Assembly: GCA_963761255.1 (NCBI GenBank)
Contig: CAVXGH010000013.1
Location: 37,184-101,183 of the forward strand
Direction of reading: 5' to 3'
DNA from: an uncultured delta proteobacterium
GTDB lineage: Bacteria; Desulfobacterota; Binatia; Binatales; Binataceae
Length of the DNA: 64,000 nt
The notes under the pieces were generated by a model that searched no databases, was not told where the DNA came from, and worked only from the letters and a program-made list of their open reading frames with translations. A program made the position numbers and the translations under genes. Shown here one piece after another: positions 28,459 through 38,858 of the stretch (position 1 is its first letter; every line of letters starts with the position of its first letter).

Positions 28459-29664
28459 ATGCCTGGACCTCTGGATGGTGTTCGAGTGGTTGATCTCTCG
28501 ACGATGGTGGCCGGACCCGTCGCAACTATGATGCTCGCCGATCAAGGCGCCGACGTTATAAAGGTGGAGTCTCCTAGTGGCGATCTGATGCGCCACTTCG
28601 CATACGGGCGCAGTGGGATGTCGGCTTCTTTCCTATCCTGTAACCGAAACAAACGCTCGGTCGCTATTGACCTCAAGACTAGTGCTGGATTGGAGATCGT
28701 TCAGAAGCTGGTTTCAACGGCTGACGTTGTGGTCCATAACTTTCGTCCCGGAGCCGCCGAACGAATCGGGCTGGAAGAAGACGCTGTTCGTAGCATTAAA
28801 CCTGACATCGTCTATGTGTCGATCAGTGGCTACGGAGAGACCGGCCCCTATGTAGGACAACGCGCCTACGACCCGGTGATTCAAGCTCTAAGCGGTCTCG
28901 CGGAAATCCAACGCGACCGCGATACTGGTCGACCGCGCATGATTCGTACCATTATCGCGGACTATACCACCGCGTTGACCGCGGCCCAGGCTATCAGTTC
29001 TGCCCTCTTTGTGCGTGAGCGAACCGGACAAGGGCAACACGTCCGCATCTCGATGTTAGACTCGATGATTGCCTACCTATGGCCCGAGGCGATGCCTAGT
29101 CTCACCTTCGTGGGAGAGGAACAGGACCCGTCCCAAGGAGAAACCGGGCCTGACCTTGTATACGCCACCTACGACCGATACATCACCGCAGCCGCGCTCT
29201 CTGATGATGAGTGGGCAGGTATGTGCCGCGCCTTAAAACGCGAAGACCTCATAAGCGACCCGCGCTTCAAAACGGCGCGCGATCGCGCGATCAATGCAGT
29301 TGAACGCCGCACGATTACCGCGTCTGAACTGGAGAACTGGAGGGCATCTGAGATTCTGCCACGTCTCCTTGCCAACGACGTACCTTCAGGTCCGGTCCTA
29401 AGTCGGTTCGAACTCCTACAGGATTCCCAAGTACGCGAAAACAAGATCCTAGAGGAACATGAAAGCATAGACTTCGGAAAAATCCGGCAACCACGTCCAG
29501 CGGCTCAGTTTGATCGCACGCCATCGAGCATCCGGAAGCTAGCCCCGATGCTGGGCGAACACAACGCCGCTATCCTCGATGAGTTGGGGTACAAACCAGC
29601 TGAGATCGCGACCCTTGAACATGAACGAGTCCTGCATTCGCAAACCTCGAGGAAAGATCAATGA
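28459..29664 (+). CDS. class III CoA-transferase (CaiB/BaiF)
   Basis: LADQGADVIKVE, NRNKRS, HNFRPG, SISGYGETGP and D at the catalytic position. Confidence 0.93.
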   Translation: MPGPLDGVRVVDLSTMVAGPVATMMLADQGADVIKVESPSGDLMRHFAYGRSGMSASFLSCNRNKRSVAIDLKTSAGLEIVQKLVSTADVVVHNFRPGAAERIGLEEDAVRSIKPDIVYVSISGYGETGPYVGQRAYDPVIQALSGLAEIQRDRDTGRPRMIRTIIADYTTALTAAQAISSALFVRERTGQGQHVRISMLDSMIAYLWPEAMPSLTFVGEEQDPSQGETGPDLVYATYDRYITAAALSDDEWAGMCRALKREDLISDPRFKTARDRAINAVERRTITASELENWRASEILPRLLANDVPSGPVLSRFELLQDSQVRENKILEEHESIDFGKIRQPRPAAQFDRTPSSIRKLAPMLGEHNAAILDELGYKPAEIATLEHERVLHSQTSRKDQ

Positions 29665-30365
29665 GCAAACAACCCGTCGCTCTCGTAACTGGTGTTGGGC
29701 CTGGGACGGGAACGGCTATAGCGCGGAAGTTTTCGCATGGCGGCTATGCAGTCGCAATGTTAGCGCGCGATCGCCGCCGTCTCGCCGCGCTTGAAAAGGA
29801 ACTGCGGGGATCCACGGGATACCCCTGCGACGTAACTTCGGAAGCGCAACTCGACGCAACCATTGCTGCTATCCGGGCGGATCTGGGTGCACCCACGGTT
29901 CTGATCCACAATGCGGTAGGGGGCACTTTCGGCAACTTCCTGGAAATCGATCCCGAAGCGCTGAATCGAAACTTCCAGGTTAATACTATGGCTCTGCTAC
30001 ATCTTGCACGGCGTCTTGCTCCCGCAATGATCGCCGCGGGCGATGGTGCGATAGTCGCCAGCGGCAACACCTCCGCGCTTCGCGGCAAGGCCGACTTTGC
30101 GGGCTTCGCGCCAACTAAAGCCGCGCAACGGATTTTAGCGGAATCGATGGCTCGAGAGCTGGGCCCAAAAGGTGTCCACGTAGCTTATGTTCTCATTGAT
30201 GCCGTCATCGACTTGGAGTGGACCCGGAAACGTTGGCCCGACGCTTCAGATGACTTCTTCATCAAACCGGCAGCTATCGCCGATGAAGTATGGCACGTCG
30301 TTCACCAGGAACGCTGCGCATGGTCTTTCAACGTCGAGGTCAGGCCTTTCCGCGAAACCTGGTAG
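29661..30365 (+). CDS. short-chain dehydrogenase (atypical SDR)
   Basis: GVGPGTG, FAPTK and ARELGPKGVHVAYVLID; ATGA overlap with the upstream gene. Confidence 0.9.
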   Translation: MSKQPVALVTGVGPGTGTAIARKFSHGGYAVAMLARDRRRLAALEKELRGSTGYPCDVTSEAQLDATIAAIRADLGAPTVLIHNAVGGTFGNFLEIDPEALNRNFQVNTMALLHLARRLAPAMIAAGDGAIVASGNTSALRGKADFAGFAPTKAAQRILAESMARELGPKGVHVAYVLIDAVIDLEWTRKRWPDASDDFFIKPAAIADEVWHVVHQERCAWSFNVEVRPFRETW

Positions 30366-30381
30366 GCGCCACGGGGTAAAC

Positions 30382-31200
30382 ATGAGCCAGTTGCGAATTT
30401 TCTCGTATTTACCGAATCCCAGAATATGGAAGGCCACCATCGCCGCGCGGATATGCGGAGTCGAAGTGGAGGTAAGAGGGGCTCCGGCTAAGGAACTCTC
30501 GACCTGGCTCTGGGACTTCGATGCGCGCCCGCTTTCGTCGGGCGAGAATGATCAAGCGGTTGAAAGTGTACGAGCCAAGATCGGCTTCCAGGGAAATCTC
30601 CGTAAAACTGAGACTTTCATGGAAGCCCACCCATTCGGCACTGTCCCTGCGGCTTTCAGTCCCGATGGTAAAGTCGGGATCTTCGAATCCAATAGCATCA
30701 TGCGCGCAGTCGCGCGTCTCGGACAAAACAAGTTTTCTTTGTACGGCCGTGACCCATATGAGGCCTCCGGGATCGATAGCTTTCTAGATGCGGCCCTGGT
30801 GTTCGCGCGCGATGCTCAGATTTATCTGTTGGCGCTTATCAGTGGGCAGGTCTCTTCCGAGATTCACGCCCGAGCCCGCGAGGGATTCGCAATATACGCC
30901 GGCGGAATCAATCAGGCTCTCCTGCCCAATCGTGAGTACATCGTCGGCGATAGTATAAGTCTTGCTGATATTTGCTTCGTCGCCGAGATGAGTCTCTTCC
31001 TCAACGAAAGAGTGCGCTCGCTAGACCTCGAAAAACTAGGACTCGAACCTGTATTGAACAAATCCATCGAAGCAGAGTGTCCACGAGTCATGGCGCATTT
31101 CGCGAAGCTCTCGCGACATCCCGCCTTCGCGCCCGATGTCCAGCCTTATCTCGCCAGGCTCGACAAACTACAATCTCGCCACCCGCAGTCGAGTAGGTGA
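30382..31200 (+). CDS. glutathione S-transferase (EF1Bgamma-like)
   Basis: HPFGTVPA, IFESNSIMR and GDSISLADI; start at ATG 30382. Confidence 0.85.
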   Translation: MSQLRIFSYLPNPRIWKATIAARICGVEVEVRGAPAKELSTWLWDFDARPLSSGENDQAVESVRAKIGFQGNLRKTETFMEAHPFGTVPAAFSPDGKVGIFESNSIMRAVARLGQNKFSLYGRDPYEASGIDSFLDAALVFARDAQIYLLALISGQVSSEIHARAREGFAIYAGGINQALLPNREYIVGDSISLADICFVAEMSLFLNERVRSLDLEKLGLEPVLNKSIEAECPRVMAHFAKLSRHPAFAPDVQPYLARLDKLQSRHPQSSR

Positions 31201-31225
31201 GGTTCACGTCCGATACCCCGCGCAG

Positions 31226-34200
31226 CTATAATGACGATCTAAGCCTGCGAACCAATATGAAGAACACCGGCACGAACGGTATCGCGAGCAGCGTCGAAGC
31301 GACCATCCCGCCGAAGACCACCGTGCCCAGCGATTGTTGACTTGCGGCGCCGGCGCCACTCGCAGTCATAAGAGGGACCACGCCTAGAATAAATGCAATC
31401 GACGTCATAACGATGGGCCGAAAGCGGCGCCGTGTCGCTTCCACCGCCGCGTCTTCCACAGACATTCCATTCGCGGTGAGCTCTCTGGCGAACTCGACGA
31501 TTAGGATGGCGTTCTTCGCCGCCAAAGCGATCATCAGTATCAGTCCAATTTGCGTGTACAGGTCGTCTGGAAATCGCCGGATCAGCAGGGCAATTACAAT
31601 TCCTAGCAGCGCCATCGGAACTGTCAGGATGATTGCAATCGGATCTGACCAGCTCTCGTATTGGGCGGCGAGAACCAGAAAGACCAGCGACATCGATAAA
31701 GCAAACAGGAAATATGCCTGATTGCCGACAAGGGTTTCCTGATAAGAAAGGCCGCTCCATTCGTAGTCCGTTCCCAGCGGCAAGGTTTCCGAGGCGAGGC
31801 TTTGCATTATATGCATCGCCTCGCCCGAGCTGAACCGCGGCATGGCTATACCCGTGATCGGTGCCGCAGGATACAGGTTATAGCGAGTCACCAATTCAGA
31901 TCCCAGAACCCGGCGGACATCCACCAGCGAACCCAGCGGGACCATCTGTCCTCCGCGATTATTGACATAGAGATTCGCGATATTATCGATCTGGCTTCGA
32001 TAGTCAGCCGAAGCCTGAACGCGAACCTGAAAACTCTGGTTGAACTTGTTGAACAGGTTCACGTAGGTCGAGCCAAGATTGGTCTGGAGCGTTTTCGAAA
32101 TGTCGTTGATCTCGACTCCCAGCGAGCGCGCCATGGTGCGGTTGACATCGAGATAGAGTTGCGGGCTGCTGGCGCTGAAGGTAGTAAAGCCAATTCGAAG
32201 GAACCCGGGCCGATTGTGGGCATTGCGCAAGATTCCACGAACGGATTTCTGAAGTTCTCCAAGACCAGAGCCACCACGATCCTCAACGATCATTTGAAAT
32301 CCAAAGGCATTTCCTAATCCCGGAATCGGAGAAGGAGGTAACACACCGACCTGTGCGCTGCGCAGCGTTAACAAACGTTGTAACTGGGCGATTATCTTTG
32401 CCTGGGTCATCCCGGGTGGGCGCCGGTTCCATTCGTCAAATACCACGAACTCAGTGAGCTCGGTGGATAGCTTCGCTGCATCGAGCGCTGAGTATCCTCC
32501 GATTGTCACCCATCCTCTGATGCCCGAGGCTTGCTTGAGACGCGCGTCGATTTCGTCCGCTACCTCTCGGACCCGTGGCTGCGAGGCTCCCGCGGGAAGC
32601 TGTGCTACGACGATGCAGTACCCCTGGTCTTCGAGTGGCACAAGTGTGCTGGGATAGATTCCAAACGCTACCACTGCCAGTCCTACGACCACAAAGAACA
32701 CCGTCGCCATGGAGCGCGGTCGATGCGCCATCCATGCCACCATCGCAACATATCTCCTCTCCACGGCCGCATAGCCACGATTGAAGAGCTGATAGAATAG
32801 GTTCACCTTCCGATCCTTTGGGACCGGGCGCAGATACAAAGCACATTGGGTGGGCTTAAGCGTTAATGCATTGATCGCGCTGATGATCGCTGTTGCCGCT
32901 ATCACTAACGCAAATTGGCGGAACATCTGCCCAGTGATGCCCGGCAGGAAGGATGCCGGAATAAATACTGAGGTGAGTACGAGCGTAATACCGAGAACCG
33001 GTCCCGTCAGTTCCTCCATCGCTTTGATAGCGGCATCCTTGGGTGTCAGGCCTTGCTCGATATAATGCGACGCATTTTCAACGATCACGATCGCGTCATC
33101 TACCACGATTCCGATTGCAAGAATCAAGGCGAACATCGTCATAAGGTTGACAGTGAATCCGAGCAGCGCCATCGCCGCGAAGGCACCTATGATCGTGACT
33201 GGTACCGTCGTCGCTGGTACCAGCATTGCGCGGTAGTTCTGCAAGAACAGCATGATGACGACCAGCACCAGGATTCCTGCCTCGAAAAGCGCCATATAAA
33301 CGCCGTGGATAGAATCCTGGATGAACTCCGTGGTGTCGTAGAGACATACATACTTAAGGCCGGTAGGAAATGTTTTACTCATCTCGGCCATAAGCCCGCG
33401 TGCTTCTGCCGCGACTGCCAGAGCATTGGCATCCGGCAGAGCAAAGACCGCGAGATGCGCGGTCTTCTTGCCGCTAAGTCCCGAAAAGACGGAATATTGC
33501 TGCTGGCTAAGCTCCACCCGTCCGACATCTCTCAGCCGGACAACGGCAGAAGCTTCATTGATTGCTCCGGCGTCCAACCTCGCCTGGTCTATATTCGAGA
33601 CCGGCTTGCTCTTGACGATTATGTTGGCGAACTGATCGGTATCGGCGAGCCGACCTAAAACATTGACCGTGAACTGAAAGACTTGATTTGGGGCGGCGGG
33701 CGCGCCACCGAGCTGTCCCGACGCCACCTGTGCATTCTGATTCTGGATAGCGCGCTCAACATCCTGGACAGTGAGGTCATACGACTGAAGCTTCTCAGGA
33801 TCGAGCCAAACTCGCATGCTATAGGGCCCGGCGCCAAAGATTTTGACCTGTCCGACGCCCGGCAGGCGTGCGAGCGGATTTTGTAAGTTGATCAGCGCGT
33901 AGTTGCTCAGAAAAGTCTCATCGAAACGATTGTCGTCCGAGTAAACGCTTTCAATGAGAAGGATGTTGGTACTGACCTTCTTGACATTGACTCCCTGGGC
34001 TCTGACTTGTTGCGGCAATTGTGGGAGTGCGCTGTTGACGGCATTCTGAACCAATGCCAAGGAGGTATTCAGATCGGTGCCGATGTTGAAGGTTATGGTT
34101 AGTGTGTAGCTGCCGTCGCTGCCGCTGGTCGACTGCATGTATATCGATCCTTCGACGCCGTTGACCGCCTGCTCGATAGGTATCGCGACGCTGGTGGCCA

Positions 34201-34369
34201 GCGTCTCAGCGCTTGCGCCTGTGTAAGTGGCACTGACCTGGATCGTAGGCGGGACGATTTGTGGATACTGGGCGACAGGCAGCTCGTAGAGACAGACTGC
34301 TCCCAGCAGGATCGTGATTATCGCTATCACGTTCGCAAGAACCGGACGTTCGATGAAGAATCTGGACAT
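31226..34369 (-). CDS. RND efflux permease (HAE1)
   Basis: FFIERP, AIGIVVDDAIV, AKNAILIVEFA and RFRPIVMTS. Confidence 0.95.
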   Translation of the reverse strand: MSRFFIERPVLANVIAIITILLGAVCLYELPVAQYPQIVPPTIQVSATYTGASAETLATSVAIPIEQAVNGVEGSIYMQSTSGSDGSYTLTITFNIGTDLNTSLALVQNAVNSALPQLPQQVRAQGVNVKKVSTNILLIESVYSDDNRFDETFLSNYALINLQNPLARLPGVGQVKIFGAGPYSMRVWLDPEKLQSYDLTVQDVERAIQNQNAQVASGQLGGAPAAPNQVFQFTVNVLGRLADTDQFANIIVKSKPVSNIDQARLDAGAINEASAVVRLRDVGRVELSQQQYSVFSGLSGKKTAHLAVFALPDANALAVAAEARGLMAEMSKTFPTGLKYVCLYDTTEFIQDSIHGVYMALFEAGILVLVVIMLFLQNYRAMLVPATTVPVTIIGAFAAMALLGFTVNLMTMFALILAIGIVVDDAIVIVENASHYIEQGLTPKDAAIKAMEELTGPVLGITLVLTSVFIPASFLPGITGQMFRQFALVIAATAIISAINALTLKPTQCALYLRPVPKDRKVNLFYQLFNRGYAAVERRYVAMVAWMAHRPRSMATVFFVVVGLAVVAFGIYPSTLVPLEDQGYCIVVAQLPAGASQPRVREVADEIDARLKQASGIRGWVTIGGYSALDAAKLSTELTEFVVFDEWNRRPPGMTQAKIIAQLQRLLTLRSAQVGVLPPSPIPGLGNAFGFQMIVEDRGGSGLGELQKSVRGILRNAHNRPGFLRIGFTTFSASSPQLYLDVNRTMARSLGVEINDISKTLQTNLGSTYVNLFNKFNQSFQVRVQASADYRSQIDNIANLYVNNRGGQMVPLGSLVDVRRVLGSELVTRYNLYPAAPITGIAMPRFSSGEAMHIMQSLASETLPLGTDYEWSGLSYQETLVGNQAYFLFALSMSLVFLVLAAQYESWSDPIAIILTVPMALLGIVIALLIRRFPDDLYTQIGLILMIALAAKNAILIVEFARELTANGMSVEDAAVEATRRRFRPIVMTSIAFILGVVPLMTASGAGAASQQSLGTVVFGGMVASTLLAIPFVPVFFILVRRLRSSL

Positions 34370-34444
34370 ACGAGACAGCTACACTACGCCGCCCAGAGCG
34401 CCCGCCATCAATGCCAGAGACCGCATCTTTGAAGCAGCCAATCT

Positions 34445-37400
34445 CTACTGCCCGCCAGTAGTCGGTAATACAGCACGAGCGCCCTTCCGACCTAGACGCC
34501 AGGCATTGAATTCTTCGACGATTATGTAAAAGACGCCGACAAAGGGTATGGCAAGGAGGGTTGAGGCTACCATGCCTCCAAATACCACCGTGCCTAGCGA
34601 CTGTTGGCTAGCCGCGCCGGCTCCGGTTGCCGTCAGAAGAGGTACCACGCCGAGGATGAATGCGATCGAGGTCATCAGAATCGGCCGGAATCGGCGGCGA
34701 GTTGCTTCGATCGCGGCATCAACTGGCGACATGCCTTCAGCCGTGAGCTCGCGCGCGAACTCGACGATTAAAATCGCATTTTTCGCCGCCAGCGCGATCA
34801 TCAACACCAGACCGATTTGAGTATACAGATCAGTCGCGAAGCCGCGAACAATCAGGGCTAACAATACTCCCACCAACGCGACCGGAACCGTAACCACGAC
34901 CGCCGCTGGATCAGTCCAGCTCTCGTACTGTGCGGCTAAGACCAGGAATACCAGGATGATCGACAGCGCAAAGATGAAGTAGGCCTGGTTACCGATCAGC
35001 TTTTCCTGATAGGACAGGCCCGTCCAATTGTAACCCATGCCCAGTGGAATATTCCCATTGACAGTGTCCTCGACCGCGTCGAGCGCCTGACCAGAGCTGT
35101 AGCCGGGGGAGGAACGGCCAATTATTGGCGCTGCGGGATAAAGATTGTATCGCGTAATGAGCTCGGTACCGAGCGTTCGTCGGATGCTCATTACCGCACC
35201 CAAAGGGACCATCTGGCCGTCGCGATTGGCTACATAGAGATTGGAGATATCTTCGAGCTGACGGCGATAGTCGGCTCCCGCCTGGACCCGAACCTGAAAG
35301 CTTTGATTGAACTTGTTGAACAGATTCACGTAGCTCGAACCCAGATAGGTTTCGAGCGTTTGGAATGCATCCTTGATCGTGACTCCGAGCGACTCAGCCA
35401 TAGTTCGGTTCAGCTCGAGTTGAAGTTGAGGGCTTTTGGCGTTGAAGGTAGTGGTGGTGCCGCGCAATTCGGGGCGATGATCCGCTTCCACCAGGAGATG
35501 CTGTCCGACCTTCTCGAGCTCGTTAAGACCCATGCCGGTGCGATCCTCGAGCATCATCTGGAACCCGCCGGCACCACCCAGTCCGGGGATCGGCGGAGGC
35601 GTCAGGACATCGAATTCCGCCTTGCGAATCGACCGTAACCGCTGGCGAAGATCGGCGACTATCGTAGCCTGCGAAAGGCTCGCGGGCCGTTTATCCCAGT
35701 CCTGGTACATCACGTATTCGGTGATGACATTGGAAATGTTTGCAGAATCCGGATCAGAAAAGCCGCCACTCGTTACCCAGCCTTTAAGTCCGGGCACTTT
35801 CTCCAAGACCTCGTCGATATCAACCGCTAGCCCGTGCACCCTTGGCTGTGAAGCGCCGGCGGGAAGTTGCGCCACAACTATGCAATACCCTTGATCTTCG
35901 GTTGGCAGAAAAGCGGTAGGGTGGCGTGCAAAAGTGAAAGCAGTCAGACCGATGACTACAAAAAAGACGGACGCCATTCCCCTTGGGTGATGAGCCATCC
36001 ATGCAACGATGGAAACATACCTGTGCTCGAGGGCGGCATAGCCTCGATTGAAAGCCTGATAAAACCAATTCACTTGTCGGTCCTTGGGAACCGGGCGAAG
36101 GTACAACGCGCACTGCGTCGGCTTAAGAGTCAAAGCGTTAATCGCGCTGATGATCGCGGTTGCGGCTATGACCAATGCGAACTGCCGGAACATCTGCCCA
36201 GTAATTCCTGGTAAAAAAGAAGCCGGGAGGAATACTGAGGTAAGCACCAGAGTGATTCCCAACACTGGGCCAGTCAGCTCTTCCATCGCCTTGATCGCGG
36301 CGTCCTTCGGTGTAAGTCCTTGCTCCACATAGTGCGACGCGTTTTCCACGATCACGATCGCATCGTCGACAACGATGCCGATTGCGAGGATCAGCGCGAA
36401 AAGCGTCATCAGGTTTACCGTAAAGCCGAGCAGCGCCATCGCTGCGAAGGCACCGATGATCGTGACAGGGACGGTCGTCGCAGGTACCAACATCGCGCGG
36501 AAGTTCTGCAGAAACAGCATTATAACCAGCAGGACCAGGATTCCCGCTTCGATCAGTGCCGTGTAGACGCCATGAATGGAGTCCTGGATGAAGGCGGAGC
36601 TGTCGAGCAGGGCGGTGTACTTCATGCCCTTGGGGAACTTCTCACTCATCGTGGCCATCAGCTGCCGGACTTCCTGCGCGACCTTCAGCGCGTTGGCGCC
36701 CGGCAAGGTATAGACATTCATCTGCGCGGCTTTCTTGCCGCTCAGTCCAGAAAACGTCGTGAACGCTTGCTGGCTAAGCTCGACTTTGCCGATATCGCGC
36801 ACGCGAACCACCGCGGCGGCCTGGCTTATGGAATTAGGTGATGATTGCTCGGAACTCTGGTCCGAGGGTGTCGCGACCTTGACGATAATATTTTCAAATT
36901 CGGACACAGTGGAAAGGCGTCCCATGGTGTTGACCGTGAACTGAAACATCTGGTCAGACGACACCGGCGGACCGCCCAGCTGTCCCGATGCCACTTGGAC
37001 ATTCTGGTTCTGGATGGCTTGCTGTACATCGAGGACAGTCAACCCGTAGGCGTTCAACTTGACCGGATCAAGCCATACGCGCATGCCATAGGGTCCAGCT
37101 CCTAAGACCTGGACCTGGCCGACACCGGGGAGCCGAGCGATTGGATTTTGCAAATTAATGATTGCGTAGTTGCTCAGAAAGGTTTCGTCGAAACGATTGT
37201 CATCGGAAAAGAGACTACCGATGAGGAGAATGTTAGTGCTGACTTTCTGAATGCTCACGCCCTGAGTCTGAACCGCGTCAGGCAACTGCGACAGGGCGCT
37301 ATTAACCGCATTCTGAACCAGCGCAATGGCGGCGTTCAGATCGGTACCGACGGCGAAGGTAATCGTCAGAATATAGCTGCCATCGCTACCACTGGTTGAT

Positions 37401-37636
37401 TGAATGTAGAGCGAGCCTTCGACCCCGTTGACCGCCTGCTCGATAGGTATGGCCACCGTGTCCGCCACCACTTCCGCGCTCGCACCCGGATAGTTGGTGC
37501 TCACCCGGATTGTGGGTGGTACGATTTCGGGATATTCCGCGACCGGCAGTCTCAGAAGGCATACCAGCCCCAACACGATCGTTACGATTGCAATGACATT
37601 GGAAAGGATCGGCCGCTCGATGAAGAATTTGGACAC
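34445..37636 (-). CDS. RND efflux permease (HAE1), tandem paralog
   Basis: Same motifs; TM3-TM6 nearly identical to the downstream copy. Confidence 0.95.
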   Translation of the reverse strand: MSKFFIERPILSNVIAIVTIVLGLVCLLRLPVAEYPEIVPPTIRVSTNYPGASAEVVADTVAIPIEQAVNGVEGSLYIQSTSGSDGSYILTITFAVGTDLNAAIALVQNAVNSALSQLPDAVQTQGVSIQKVSTNILLIGSLFSDDNRFDETFLSNYAIINLQNPIARLPGVGQVQVLGAGPYGMRVWLDPVKLNAYGLTVLDVQQAIQNQNVQVASGQLGGPPVSSDQMFQFTVNTMGRLSTVSEFENIIVKVATPSDQSSEQSSPNSISQAAAVVRVRDIGKVELSQQAFTTFSGLSGKKAAQMNVYTLPGANALKVAQEVRQLMATMSEKFPKGMKYTALLDSSAFIQDSIHGVYTALIEAGILVLLVIMLFLQNFRAMLVPATTVPVTIIGAFAAMALLGFTVNLMTLFALILAIGIVVDDAIVIVENASHYVEQGLTPKDAAIKAMEELTGPVLGITLVLTSVFLPASFLPGITGQMFRQFALVIAATAIISAINALTLKPTQCALYLRPVPKDRQVNWFYQAFNRGYAALEHRYVSIVAWMAHHPRGMASVFFVVIGLTAFTFARHPTAFLPTEDQGYCIVVAQLPAGASQPRVHGLAVDIDEVLEKVPGLKGWVTSGGFSDPDSANISNVITEYVMYQDWDKRPASLSQATIVADLRQRLRSIRKAEFDVLTPPPIPGLGGAGGFQMMLEDRTGMGLNELEKVGQHLLVEADHRPELRGTTTTFNAKSPQLQLELNRTMAESLGVTIKDAFQTLETYLGSSYVNLFNKFNQSFQVRVQAGADYRRQLEDISNLYVANRDGQMVPLGAVMSIRRTLGTELITRYNLYPAAPIIGRSSPGYSSGQALDAVEDTVNGNIPLGMGYNWTGLSYQEKLIGNQAYFIFALSIILVFLVLAAQYESWTDPAAVVVTVPVALVGVLLALIVRGFATDLYTQIGLVLMIALAAKNAILIVEFARELTAEGMSPVDAAIEATRRRFRPILMTSIAFILGVVPLLTATGAGAASQQSLGTVVFGGMVASTLLAIPFVGVFYIIVEEFNAWRLGRKGARAVLPTTGGQ

Positions 37637-37653
37637 TACTGAATCTCTGAATG

Positions 37654-38853
37654 CTATTCCAATGCGGTCTTGGGTGGATGATTCTCGACCTGCCGTTGCG
37701 GAGAGACCGCGCGGCCCGGAATAGCCTGCAAGATGCCCTCGACGATCACCCAGTCGTCGGGTCTAAGTCCCTGTTCAATGGCCTGCAACGTGCCAACCTG
37801 CGGACCAAGGGTCACCCCGCGACGTTCGACGAGGTTCTTGTCATTGACGACCAGGAGATATTCACCCTGCTGATCAAAGCTGACTGCCTCGCCCGGAACC
37901 ATCAGAGCATCGCGTGGCAAGGCAGCGGGCACGCGAACTCGTGCGAACAGACCCGGGAGTAGAGAGGAATCGGGATTGGGAAAGATTCCCCGCAACTGCA
38001 GGGTTCCTGTCGTTTGTGAGACCGCCAAGGAGGCAAAGTCGAGTAATCCGGAGTGAGGGTAATCGTTCTCATTAGAAAGCTCGAACTGTACGGGTATCTG
38101 CCTTTCGGCGAGTCCCTTGCTGGTGAGATTCTTGTTCCGCGCAACAATGCGAAGGAGATCTCGTTCGTTGATAGTGAAATAAACATACATCGGATCAATC
38201 CGATCGATCTGAGCTAGCTGCGATTGCTGTCCCACCGCGCCGACAAGATTGCCTGGGTTCACCAAATGTCTGCCGATACGTCCATCGAAAGGCGCCCTGA
38301 TGATGGTGTAGCCGAGATTCAGCTTTGCAAGCTCCACTTGCGCCTCGGCCCCCAGGAGAGCGGCTTGCGAGCTGTCCTTTTCGTATTGCCAGTGATCGAC
38401 GTCAGTCTGCGTGGCGGCGTCTTCTTTAAGCAGGCTCGTGTAGCGAGCCAGTTCCCGCTTCGCATGCCAGAGCGCGGCCTGCTGAGCCGAGACCTGCGCC
38501 TGGGCCTGTTGCAATTGGGCCTTGTATTGCTCCTGTTGAATGGTGAAAAGAAGGTCACCCTTCTTGACTCGAGCGCCATCCACAAAATGGATGGCCTGGA
38601 GATATCCCTCGACGCGGGCGACGAGATTCACCGAATCGGTGGCCGCAGTGTTGCCGGTGAATTCGAGGTAGTCGGTCACAGCCTGGACGATGGGTCTGGC
38701 GACGGTAACTTCAGGTGGCGGAGGACCCGACTCCTTACTTTGGCATCCTGAAAGAGCACCTAGCAAAAGAATCGCGAGAATCGTCCGCGCAAGACTAAAG
38801 CGAGCGCGCGGACAGATATTTAATATCACAGGTTTGCGTTTCGAGATTCTCAT
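37654..38853 (-). CDS. RND periplasmic adaptor (MFP)
   Basis: Lipobox LSGC, VKKGDLLFTI and IRAPFDGRIG. Confidence 0.93.
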   Translation of the reverse strand: MRISKRKPVILNICPRARFSLARTILAILLLGALSGCQSKESGPPPPEVTVARPIVQAVTDYLEFTGNTAATDSVNLVARVEGYLQAIHFVDGARVKKGDLLFTIQQEQYKAQLQQAQAQVSAQQAALWHAKRELARYTSLLKEDAATQTDVDHWQYEKDSSQAALLGAEAQVELAKLNLGYTIIRAPFDGRIGRHLVNPGNLVGAVGQQSQLAQIDRIDPMYVYFTINERDLLRIVARNKNLTSKGLAERQIPVQFELSNENDYPHSGLLDFASLAVSQTTGTLQLRGIFPNPDSSLLPGLFARVRVPAALPRDALMVPGEAVSFDQQGEYLLVVNDKNLVERRGVTLGPQVGTLQAIEQGLRPDDWVIVEGILQAIPGRAVSPQRQVENHPPKTALE

Positions 38854-38858
38854 CAGTC

